Below are positions 20,420-28,726 of a stretch of 64,000 nt of DNA, one piece after another. The notes below the pieces were generated by a model. That model saw only the letters and a list, made by a program, of their open reading frames with translations, did no database searches and was not told where the DNA came from. Positions within the stretch are counted from its first letter, which is position 1. The number at the start of each line of letters is the position of its first letter. The DNA comes from Bacteroidia bacterium (lineage in GTDB: Bacteria > Bacteroidota > Ignavibacteria > SZUA-365), in NCBI GenBank assembly GCA_027493955.1, contig JAOSJT010000001.1, positions 4,138,552-4,202,551 on the forward strand, read 5' to 3'. The translations under genes and the position numbers were made by a program.

Positions 20420-21571
20420 ATGGAATTATTCGACGTCTACCAGCAATACGACATCGCTCCCGTCCGCGGCAGCGGTATGCATGTGTGGGATGAATTCGGC
20501 CGTGCCTACCTGGATTTCTACGGCGGGCATGCGGTGATATCCATCGGACACGGGCATCCGCATTACCTGGAGGCGCTGCGCGAGCAGCTCGACCGCCTCG
20601 TGTTTTATTCCAACGCCGTGCGAAATCCTTTGCAGGAGCGACTCGCCCGCTTGCTGGGTGAGCAATCCGGCTATGCCGATTATCGCCTGTTCCTCTGCAA
20701 TTCCGGAGCCGAGGCAAACGAGAACGCGCTGAAAATCGCCTCCTTCCATGGCGGGAGGAGCGGCGTGATCGCTTTTACCGGCGCCTTTCACGGCAGAACC
20801 TCCGCGGCCGTGCAGATTACCGACAATCCGGGGATACGCGCTCCGCTGAATCACGATATGGATGTCCGTTTTATACATATGAACAGCGCAGAGGCACTGG
20901 AACAGGCGCTGCGCGAGCGTCCCGCGGCAGCCGTGATTGTGGAGGGCATTCAGGGTGTGGAAGGTGTGGTGGAGGCCGGGGACGAATTTCTCCGCGATGC
21001 CCGCGCGCTGTGCGACTGCTTCGCCGCGATGCTCATTCTCGACGAGGTGCAGTCGGGCTACGGCCGCACCGGCGATTTTTTCGCGCATCAGCGCTCGGGC
21101 ATACGTCCGGACCTGATCACCATCGCGAAGGGTATGGGCAACGGATTTCCGGTGGCGGGCGTGTTGATCCATCCCGATATCGCCGCGAAGCGCAATATGC
21201 TGGGAACGACCTTCGGCGGCAGCCATCTGGCATGCGCCGCCGCCATCGCCGTGCTCGAAGTTCTGCGCGACGAAAATCTTGCCGAAAGGGCCGCCGCCAT
21301 GGGCGAAATCCTTCGCAGTGCCGTCGGCTCCTTGCCCGGTGTGCGCGAAGTGCGTGGTCGCGGTTTGATGCTGGGCATCGCTCTCGACCGACCCGCAGCG
21401 CCGCTGCGAAAGGCGCTGCTGCAAACCCACAGCATCTTCACCGGCTCGGCGACGCGTACGGATACCATCCGTCTGCTGCCGCCGCTCGTGCTCACGGAAG
21501 AGCATGCCATGGAATTCGCCGGCGCGTTCGGCTCCGTGCTTTCATCAACCTTTCAGAGTGCAACCGCATGA
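20420..21571 (+). CDS. argD: acetylornithine (or succinylornithine) aminotransferase, class III PLP enzyme
   Basis: Class III aminotransferase blocks (LILDEVQSGYGRTG, TTFGGSHLACAAA), ~383 aa. Confidence 0.9.
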   Translation: MELFDVYQQYDIAPVRGSGMHVWDEFGRAYLDFYGGHAVISIGHGHPHYLEALREQLDRLVFYSNAVRNPLQERLARLLGEQSGYADYRLFLCNSGAEANENALKIASFHGGRSGVIAFTGAFHGRTSAAVQITDNPGIRAPLNHDMDVRFIHMNSAEALEQALRERPAAAVIVEGIQGVEGVVEAGDEFLRDARALCDCFAAMLILDEVQSGYGRTGDFFAHQRSGIRPDLITIAKGMGNGFPVAGVLIHPDIAAKRNMLGTTFGGSHLACAAAIAVLEVLRDENLAERAAAMGEILRSAVGSLPGVREVRGRGLMLGIALDRPAAPLRKALLQTHSIFTGSATRTDTIRLLPPLVLTEEHAMEFAGAFGSVLSSTFQSATA

Positions 21572-22515
21572 AACAGTTTTTATCCGCGAACGACCTGCCC
21601 GATTTCGCGTCCGGTGTGAGCGAGGCCCGTGCATTGAAAGCTTCACCGTTCTCCTTTCAGGATCTGGGGAAGAACAAAACGCTCGGCATGGTGTTCTTCA
21701 ATTCCTCGCTGCGCACGCGTCTGAGCACGCAGGTCGCCGCGCAGAATCTGGGAATGAACGTCATCGTGCTCAACACTGGCCAGGACGCATGGCAACTGGA
21801 ATTCGCCGACGGCACCGTCATGGACGGCGGAAGCGCCGAGCATATCCGCGAAGCGGCCGCGGTGCTGGGCGAGTACTGCGACATCATCGGCGTGCGCGCC
21901 TTCGCCGGACTCAAGGATAAGGCGACCGATCAGCGCGAAGAAGTGCTCACAAGCATGGCCGCGTACAGCGGAATCCCGGTTATCAGTCTCGAAGCCGCGA
22001 CCAGGCACCCGCTGCAGTCCTTCGCCGATCTCATCACCATCGAGGAATGGAAAACCCGGCCCCGTCCGCGCGTGTTGCTCACCTGGGCACCGCATCCGCG
22101 TGCGCTGCCGCAGGCCGTTCCCAACAGCTTCGCCGAGTGGATGCGCCGCGCGGATGTCGACTTCGTCGTGACGCACCCCGAGGGCTACGAACTCGACGAA
22201 GCCTTCGTACCGGCGGAACTGATCGAGTACGACAGGGACAAGGCCTTCGATGGAGCGGATTTTGTATATGCGAAAAACTGGTCCAATTACAAGCAATATG
22301 GCGCCGTAATCTCACAGGACCGCCCCTGGATGGTGACGCAGCGCGACATGGCGCGGACGGCCGGCGCAAAGTTCATGCACTGTCTCCCGGTACGCCGCAA
22401 CGTCATCGTCGAGGATGCCGTGCTCGACAGCGACGCATCCATCGTCATTCCACAGGCGGGCAACCGCGTCTGGTCCGCGCAAACCGTGCTTAAACGCATG
22501 CTGGAGGTGCTGTGA
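21568..22515 (+). CDS. argF': N-acetylornithine/N-succinylornithine carbamoyltransferase (ArgF'-type transcarbamylase)
   Basis: MKQFLSANDL...FFNSSLRTRLS (SxRTR carbamoyl-phosphate motif), HCLP motif, ~315 aa. Lacks the canonical OTCase ornithine-binding signature, consistent with the acylornithine-specific family of Bacteroidota/Xanthomonads. ATGA overlap with argD. Confidence 0.8.
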   Translation: MKQFLSANDLPDFASGVSEARALKASPFSFQDLGKNKTLGMVFFNSSLRTRLSTQVAAQNLGMNVIVLNTGQDAWQLEFADGTVMDGGSAEHIREAAAVLGEYCDIIGVRAFAGLKDKATDQREEVLTSMAAYSGIPVISLEAATRHPLQSFADLITIEEWKTRPRPRVLLTWAPHPRALPQAVPNSFAEWMRRADVDFVVTHPEGYELDEAFVPAELIEYDRDKAFDGADFVYAKNWSNYKQYGAVISQDRPWMVTQRDMARTAGAKFMHCLPVRRNVIVEDAVLDSDASIVIPQAGNRVWSAQTVLKRMLEVL

Positions 22516-23312
22516 TGGATGAACGCTTCGTACTGCATGTGGTGAAAATCGGAGGAAACGCCGTCGACAATCCTTCGACGCTGGCGTCCATACTCGCTGC
22601 CATCGCAAAAATGCAGGAAGGGGTGATACTCGTCCACGGCGGGGGAGGCGAGGCGACGACGCTCGCACGCCGTCTCGGTCTGGAGCCGGTCATGGTGGAG
22701 GGCCGCCGCATCACCGACGCCGCGATGCTGGACGTGGCGGTGATGGTGTATGCCGGCCTGATCAACAAGCGCATCGTCGCGGCCTTCGCCGCGCATGGCG
22801 TCACTGCGATCGGTCTCTCCGGCCCCGATGGAGATCTTATCACAGCAAGCAAGCGGACCAAATCGAAGGTGAAATACGGATACGTCGGCGACATTACCGC
22901 GGTGGATGCCGCATTGCTCGAGTCCCTCCTCGATTCCGGACTTCTGCCGGTGATTGCTCCCATTACGCATGATGGAAAAGGCCAACTGCTGAATACCAAC
23001 GCGGACACCGTAGCCGCCGCGATTGCCTCCGCGTTCGCGCGGGAGTATCGCGTGCTGCTCCATTTATGCTTCGACCAGCCGGGCGTATGTCTGGTCCCGG
23101 GCGACGAAAGCAGCGTGCTGCCAGTGCTCGACGCGGCACGGTTCAGGGAATTGAGCGCGTCGGGCGTCATCACCAGCGGTATGCTGCCGAAACTGGAGAA
23201 CGGTTTCGCGGCGCTCGCCGCCGGAGTGGATAGCGTGCGTTTGCTGCATGCCGATGCATTCGCGTCCTTCGTTACACATGAAAGCGAACCCGGAACGGAA
23301 CTCGTCGAATGA
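22515..23312 (+). CDS. argB: acetylglutamate kinase
   Basis: VVKIGGNAV...VLVHGGG amino-acid-kinase motifs, ~265 aa. TGATG overlap with argF'. Confidence 0.9.
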   Translation: MDERFVLHVVKIGGNAVDNPSTLASILAAIAKMQEGVILVHGGGGEATTLARRLGLEPVMVEGRRITDAAMLDVAVMVYAGLINKRIVAAFAAHGVTAIGLSGPDGDLITASKRTKSKVKYGYVGDITAVDAALLESLLDSGLLPVIAPITHDGKGQLLNTNADTVAAAIASAFAREYRVLLHLCFDQPGVCLVPGDESSVLPVLDAARFRELSASGVITSGMLPKLENGFAALAAGVDSVRLLHADAFASFVTHESEPGTELVE

Positions 23313-24427
23313 GCAACACAACATCCGTCCGGCAGCTTGAAATTATTCCGACACGTTCCGTCGAAATCGAGGAGAGCGAAGCGCTCGCGTTGCTGAGGTT
23401 GTTGATCTCCACACCCTCGCACAGCCGCGAGGAGCACGACAGCGCGGTAGTTCTTGAAAACTATTTTGCTTCCAGCGGATTCACACCGCAGAGGATCGGG
23501 AACAATGTCTGGGTCGAGCATCCCTCCGCAGACGCGTCGGCACCCACCGTGATGCTGCTCTCGCATCACGACACGGTACGGCCCACACAGAGCTGGACGC
23601 TGGAGCCCTACACGGCGATCGAACGCGACGGAAAGCTGTACGGACTCGGCAGCAACGACGCGGGCGCTGCGATGTGCGCCATGGCTGCCGCCTTCGTTGC
23701 GCTGAAAAATGAATCCTTGCCCTTCCGTCTGCTCTGCGTTGCCGCCGCCGAAGAAGAAATCGCCGGCGCCGGTGGCATAGTCGCCGCGCTGCCATTGCTT
23801 GGAGGCGTGGATATGGCCATCGTAGGCGAGCCCACGGGACTCGAAGCCGCGATCGCCGAAAAGGGACTGCTGGTGCTGGACTGCACGGCGCGCGGGGTGC
23901 CCGGGCATGCGGCTCGGAGCACCGGCGTCAACGCCATCGACATCGCAGCGCGCGACATCGCCTGGTTTCATTCCTTCCGCTTCCCTAAGGAATCCGCAAT
24001 GCTCGGTCCCGTAAAAATGACCGTGACGCAGATACAGTCGGGCACGCAGCACAATGTGGTGCCGGATCGCTGCGACTTCGTGGTCGACATACGCGTCACC
24101 GACGCATACACGCATGAGGAAGTGCTCGACCTCGTTCGCGCGAACATCGCGTCGGATGCGCAGCCGCGCTCGATGAATCTGCGACCCTCGGCCATCGACG
24201 AGGCCCATGTGCTCAGACGCGCGACCGCATCGCTGGGCATTCCCTGTGTCGCCTCTCCCACGATGTCCGATCAGGCGCGGCTGCTTATGCCGTCCATAAA
24301 AATCGGTCCGGGGCGCTCCGAGCGTTCGCACACCGCCGACGAATTCGTGTACATCGACGAGGTGCGCCATGGCGTGCGCACCTATCTGGATCTGCTGCAT
24401 GCATTGACAAAGGAAATGCGGACATGA
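23309..24427 (+). CDS. argE: M20-family acetylornithine deacetylase-like hydrolase
   Basis: M20 peptidase metal-binding blocks (LLSHHDTV, GSNDAGAAM, EEE.AGAGG). Position inside the arg operon. ATGA overlap with argB. Confidence 0.75.
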   Translation: MSNTTSVRQLEIIPTRSVEIEESEALALLRLLISTPSHSREEHDSAVVLENYFASSGFTPQRIGNNVWVEHPSADASAPTVMLLSHHDTVRPTQSWTLEPYTAIERDGKLYGLGSNDAGAAMCAMAAAFVALKNESLPFRLLCVAAAEEEIAGAGGIVAALPLLGGVDMAIVGEPTGLEAAIAEKGLLVLDCTARGVPGHAARSTGVNAIDIAARDIAWFHSFRFPKESAMLGPVKMTVTQIQSGTQHNVVPDRCDFVVDIRVTDAYTHEEVLDLVRANIASDAQPRSMNLRPSAIDEAHVLRRATASLGIPCVASPTMSDQARLLMPSIKIGPGRSERSHTADEFVYIDEVRHGVRTYLDLLHALTKEMRT

Positions 24428-25773
24428 AACTCTGGGAAAAAGGACTGCCGCTGGAAAAGGAGATCGAGGATTTCACCGTCGGCAACGACCGCGTGCTCGA
24501 TCTCGAACTTGCGCCCTACGATGTGCTCGGTTCGCTGGCCCACGCGCGCATGCTCGCATCGTGCGGACTGCTCTCGGAGGATGAGCACGCACAGCTTCGG
24601 CAGGGGTTGCTCGCGATCATGGCGGAAATCGAGGCGGGCAGCTTCATCATCGAGGACGATGTGGAGGATGTGCATTCGCAGGTCGAGTTGTCGCTGACGC
24701 GCAGCTTCGGCGAAGCGGGGGAGCGTTTGCACACCGCGCGCTCGCGTAACGACCAGGTGCTGCTGGATATGAAGCTGTATCTGCGCGACCGCATCCGCGC
24801 TGTGGTGGAAGCGTCGGGAGCGCTTGCGGAGCGTCTGCTGGATCTGAGCAAGCTGCACCGCGAGGTGTTCCTCCCCGGCTACACGCATATGCAGATCGCC
24901 ATGCCGTCCAGCTTCGGGCTGTGGTTCGGAGCCTGGGCAGAGAGCCTTACCGACGATCTCGCAGCCTTGCGCGCCGCGTATCGGCTCGCGGACCGCAATC
25001 CCCTCGGCTCGGCTGCGGGCTACGGTTCGTCCTTCCCCATCGACCGCGGGATGACCACCGAACTGCTCGGCTTCGAAGGACTACATGTGAACTCCGTACA
25101 TGCGCAGCTCTCGCGCGGCAAGACCGAGCGCGCAGCCGCGCACGCCATCGGCATGACCGCCGCCACACTGGCCCGCTTCGCCATGGACGTGTGTCAGTTC
25201 ACCTCCGGAAATTTCGCCTTCCTCTCGCTCGATGCCGCGTTCACCACCGGTTCGAGCATCATGCCGCACAAGAAAAATCCCGATGTGTTCGAATTGATCA
25301 GGGCGAAGTGCAACCGCGTACAGGCGCTGGCAAACGATATTACGCTCGTGACTGCCAATCTACCCTCGGGCTATCACCGCGACCTTCAGATCCTCAAGGA
25401 CATGCTTTTTCCCGCATTCGGCGACATGCTCGCGTGTTTGCGCATCGCGGCGCATGCATTGGAGGGCTTGCGCGTCCGCAGGGACATCATCGACGACGCC
25501 CGCTACCGCGACGTATTCAGCGTGGATGCCGTGCATGGAAAGGTGATGGAGGGCATGCCTTTTCGCGCCGCGTACAAGGCCGTCGCCGACGACATCGCCT
25601 CCGGGAGCTACGATGCAGCGCTGCGACTTCAGCACACGCATATCGGCAGCATCGGCAATCCCGGCAGCGATCTCATCCGCGACCGACTGCGGCGGGAGAT
25701 CGCGGAATTTCCGTTCGGGGTATGGGATGACGCACGGAGCAAATTGTTGGCTTCTTCGCCAGGAAGTGACTGA
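24424..25773 (+). CDS. argH: argininosuccinate lyase
   Basis: Fumarate-lyase signature GSSIMPHKKNPD, ~449 aa. ATGA overlap with argE. Confidence 0.9.
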   Translation: MKLWEKGLPLEKEIEDFTVGNDRVLDLELAPYDVLGSLAHARMLASCGLLSEDEHAQLRQGLLAIMAEIEAGSFIIEDDVEDVHSQVELSLTRSFGEAGERLHTARSRNDQVLLDMKLYLRDRIRAVVEASGALAERLLDLSKLHREVFLPGYTHMQIAMPSSFGLWFGAWAESLTDDLAALRAAYRLADRNPLGSAAGYGSSFPIDRGMTTELLGFEGLHVNSVHAQLSRGKTERAAAHAIGMTAATLARFAMDVCQFTSGNFAFLSLDAAFTTGSSIMPHKKNPDVFELIRAKCNRVQALANDITLVTANLPSGYHRDLQILKDMLFPAFGDMLACLRIAAHALEGLRVRRDIIDDARYRDVFSVDAVHGKVMEGMPFRAAYKAVADDIASGSYDAALRLQHTHIGSIGNPGSDLIRDRLRREIAEFPFGVWDDARSKLLASSPGSD

Positions 25774-25924
25774 CCCACATCCGCGACCGGACACGGTCCA
25801 CACCGTACCATAGGCATGTTTTCGCAAAGTTCTGAATTCTGACAGCAGAACGCGGAGAGCAGAGAGCAGAGAGAGCTGAGCGCGTGCATCTCGCCGGCGT
25901 TGTGCGTTGTTGGTTCGAGATGCT

Positions 25925-26506
25925 TTCGCAAGGCGCTACGCCCTCTGCGCTACGTGAGCCTTTCACATCTCATTATTCACATCTCGACGGGAAGTTGCGC
26001 CCTCCGGGCTATTCTTCAAAAAGGGGGCGCATATCCCCTACACTGAAGTGTAGGTCGAAGACTCGCCGCGGCGGGGTTAGAGGAGGTTGCGTCAGCCTCA
26101 GGCTGAGCTTGGGACGCAATCAATTCTCTTCAATACGCAGCAACGCGGGCACGGCCCGCCGTAGGCCTACCGAGATTTCCGATTATCGATCCACAATCCG
26201 CAATTCGCAATCCGCAATCACGCAGGCGGCCCGCTGTGCCCCTACAGGCCCGGATGTAATGATCCGAAATCCGCAATCCCCAATCCGCAATCCACAATCC
26301 GAAATCCGCAATCACGCCGGCGACTCGCCGTGCCCCTACCACGATTTCCGATTATCGAGCCGCAATCCGCAATCCGCAATCCGAAATCCGCAATCACGCA
26401 GGCGCCTCGCCGTGCCCCTACCGGGATTTCATGATTCCGCGATTCCCGATTCCCGATTCCCGATTCCCGATTCCCGATTCCAGATTCCAGATTCCAGATT
26501 CCAGAA
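25925..26506. repeat. dispersed non-coding repeat element, copy A (unique ~250-bp head, GGGCACGG-CCCG-CCGTGCCC hairpin motifs, CGCAATC and CGATTCC/AGATTCC heptamer arrays)
   Basis: The head (gcgctacgccct.tgcgctacg.gagcc ... ttcacatctca ... gcgccct.cgggct ... cttgggacgc ... gcgggcacggcccgcc) aligns with 28366-28590. Three ~75-bp sub-repeats each carry (CGCAATC)n, then (CGATTCC)5(AGATTCC)4. All six reading frames are open, so the supplied ORFs here are artefacts. Confidence 0.8.
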
Positions 26507-26547
26507 AAACAATGTACTTCCTGGAAATTGGACATATCGGGGTTGCA

Positions 26548-28152
26548 TTACCCCAGCCACCGCCACAGCACGGTCAGCGTACTCAGCAGTACAATCGATG
26601 CCGCGATGTTCGCTGCGCGCATGGCGGTGCGCGGCTGATGGCGGTCCGCTGTGTCGGAGAAGGTGAGATTCACGAGACTTCCGGTGGCGGGAGATTCGCT
26701 GGCGAAACTCACACCGATGAGCACCAGCGAGCAGACGACAAACAGAAGTATCGCCACGTGCAGGAAGTTCACCGTTGCGGCCTGTAGCAGCAGCGGGTTC
26801 TCGAAAGGGTTGAGCTTGTGCATGATTTCAAGAATGAAGCGCAGCGCGCCCAGTACCAGACCGGTGAGCAGCGAGGCAAGAGCGCCCTTCGCGTTTACCC
26901 TCCTCCAGAAAATCCCGAACAGAAACACCGCAGCGATAGGCGGTGATATGTAGCCCTGTACGCTCTGGAGGTAGACGTACATGCGCTCGTCGCTCAGCAA
27001 CCCGATGAAAGGAATCCACAGCAGCCCCAGCAGCACCATCGCCGCGGTTACGTACCGGCCCATGCGAACCGTCTGCCGCTCATCCGCGTGCGGGCGCAGC
27101 TTCTGATAGATGTCAATGGTGAAGAGCGTGGACGTGGAGTTGAACATGGCGCTCAGCGAGGACATCAGCGCAGCGAGCAGACCGGCCACGACCAGACCTT
27201 TGATGCCATTCGGCAGCAGCGTTGTCACCATCCATGCATAACTGCGGTCGCCCGTCACTGTGCCGTCGGACAACGCGTAGCCGACGACGCCGGGAAGTAC
27301 GAGAATGAACACCGGGAGGATTTTCAGAAAACCCGCAAACACCGTGCCGGCCTGTGCATGATCGAGGTTACGCGCACTCAGCACCCGTTGCACAATGTAC
27401 TGGTCCGTGCACCAGTACCAGATGCCCAAAATCGGAGCGCCGAACACTATCCCTGTCCACGGAAAATCCGGATCGCTCATCGGCCTGAACATGTGCCAGA
27501 AATCCGGCGGTGTGGCGGCCACCACGGCATCCCAGCCGCCCGCCTTCTCGAGACCCAGCAGGGTGAGCGCGAGCGATCCGACGATCAGAATCACCATCTG
27601 CACGACGTCCGTGTAGATGACGGCGCTCAGGCCACCAAGCACGGTATACAAGCCGGTGACGAGCACGATCACCACCGCCGATGTGTACATGTCCCAGCCC
27701 ACGACCGCATGCAGCAGTATGCCTCCGGCGTACAGCGAGATGGATATCTTTGTCAGCACATAAGCGACGATGGAGATGCTGCTCAAATACCAGCGGGTGG
27801 CGCTGTTGTAGCGGCGCTCGAGAAACTCGGGCATGGTAAACACGCCCGAGCGCAGATAGAATGGCGTGAACACCCATCCGAGCAGCAACACGATGAGACA
27901 GGCCAGCCATTCGAAATGTCCCACGGCCAGTCCCGACTTCGAACCCGTGCCCGCAAGTCCGAGCAGGTGTTCACTGGAGATGTTCGTAGCAAACAGCGAA
28001 GCACCTATCGCTATCCAACCCACCGAGCGTCCCGCGAGAAAATATCCCTCCCGCGTCTTTCCCCTCCGTGTAAAGTACACACCAATGCCGATGACCAGCA
28101 GAATGTACGCAACGACAATGATCAGATCGAGCCTGGAGAATGCTTCGGACAT
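26548..28152 (-). CDS. sodium:solute symporter family (SSF/SGLT-like) transporter
   Basis: 534 aa, ~13-14 TM helices, typical SSF blocks (GRSVGWIAIGASLFATNISSEHLLGLAG..., ...GGLSAVIYTDVVQ...). Confidence 0.85.
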   Translation of the reverse strand: MSEAFSRLDLIIVVAYILLVIGIGVYFTRRGKTREGYFLAGRSVGWIAIGASLFATNISSEHLLGLAGTGSKSGLAVGHFEWLACLIVLLLGWVFTPFYLRSGVFTMPEFLERRYNSATRWYLSSISIVAYVLTKISISLYAGGILLHAVVGWDMYTSAVVIVLVTGLYTVLGGLSAVIYTDVVQMVILIVGSLALTLLGLEKAGGWDAVVAATPPDFWHMFRPMSDPDFPWTGIVFGAPILGIWYWCTDQYIVQRVLSARNLDHAQAGTVFAGFLKILPVFILVLPGVVGYALSDGTVTGDRSYAWMVTTLLPNGIKGLVVAGLLAALMSSLSAMFNSTSTLFTIDIYQKLRPHADERQTVRMGRYVTAAMVLLGLLWIPFIGLLSDERMYVYLQSVQGYISPPIAAVFLFGIFWRRVNAKGALASLLTGLVLGALRFILEIMHKLNPFENPLLLQAATVNFLHVAILLFVVCSLVLIGVSFASESPATGSLVNLTFSDTADRHQPRTAMRAANIAASIVLLSTLTVLWRWLG

Positions 28153-28365
28153 GCCTTCTCTCCGTCATGATGGAATGCGCAAATCTGCGAAATCCGTCGG
28201 CAACATACAATGTGGTCGGCGGAGAGGGGGTGAAGAGGGGGTGAAGGGTAAAGGGTGCAGGGGTGCCTGTCTGCAGTCGAAAAGTAGATAAAAGACCAGA
28301 TAACCCCGAATATAAAAATGCGCTCTGCCTGTGAGACTTCACGCCTGGAGAAATCCGCCTGGGCT

Positions 28366-28725
28366 AAGCGCTACGCCCTTTTGCGCTACGCGAGCCGTTT
28401 ACTCAACCGAAGGCTGACACTTTTCACATCTCACCTGGAGTGGCGCCCTTCGGGCTTGGGAGCTCTTTGCTGGCTGCGTGCCCCCCACACTCACGTGTAG
28501 GGTTTTGGGAAGTGTCGCCCTTCGGGCTTGGGACGCGTATGATTTTCATTTGGATGTGACGACGCGGGCACGGCCCGCCGTGCCCCTACCGCGATTTCCG
28601 AGTATCGATCCGCAATCCTCAATCCGCAATCATGCAGGCGGCTCGCCGTGCCCCTACCGCGTTTCCGTGATTCCTGTTTCTCGATTCCCGATTCCCGATC
28701 CGAAATCGTCAATCGTCAATCGTAA
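28366..28725. repeat. dispersed non-coding repeat element, copy B (same orientation as copy A)
   Basis: Collinear with 25925-26240 (gcgctacgcccttttgcgctacgcgagcc, ttcacatctca, gcgcccttcgggcttggg, gcgggcacggcccgccgtgcccctacc). Ends in CGCAATC / CGATTCC / CGTCAAT heptamer runs abutting the stop of the next gene. Confidence 0.8.
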
Positions 28726-28726
28726 A

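Noticed and set aside
20426-24400. Long minus-strand ORFs (20426..21505, 21643..22296, 22287..23063, 22490..24400)
   Set aside because: Antisense to argD/argF'/argB/argE, whose plus-strand products have strong conserved motifs. No start context; Arg/Ala-rich.
25884-26787. ORFs 25884..26666 and 26242..26535 with PDSRFPIPDSRF-type repeats, and 11087..11642
   Set aside because: Translations of the heptamer arrays of the dispersed repeat element. No coding signal.
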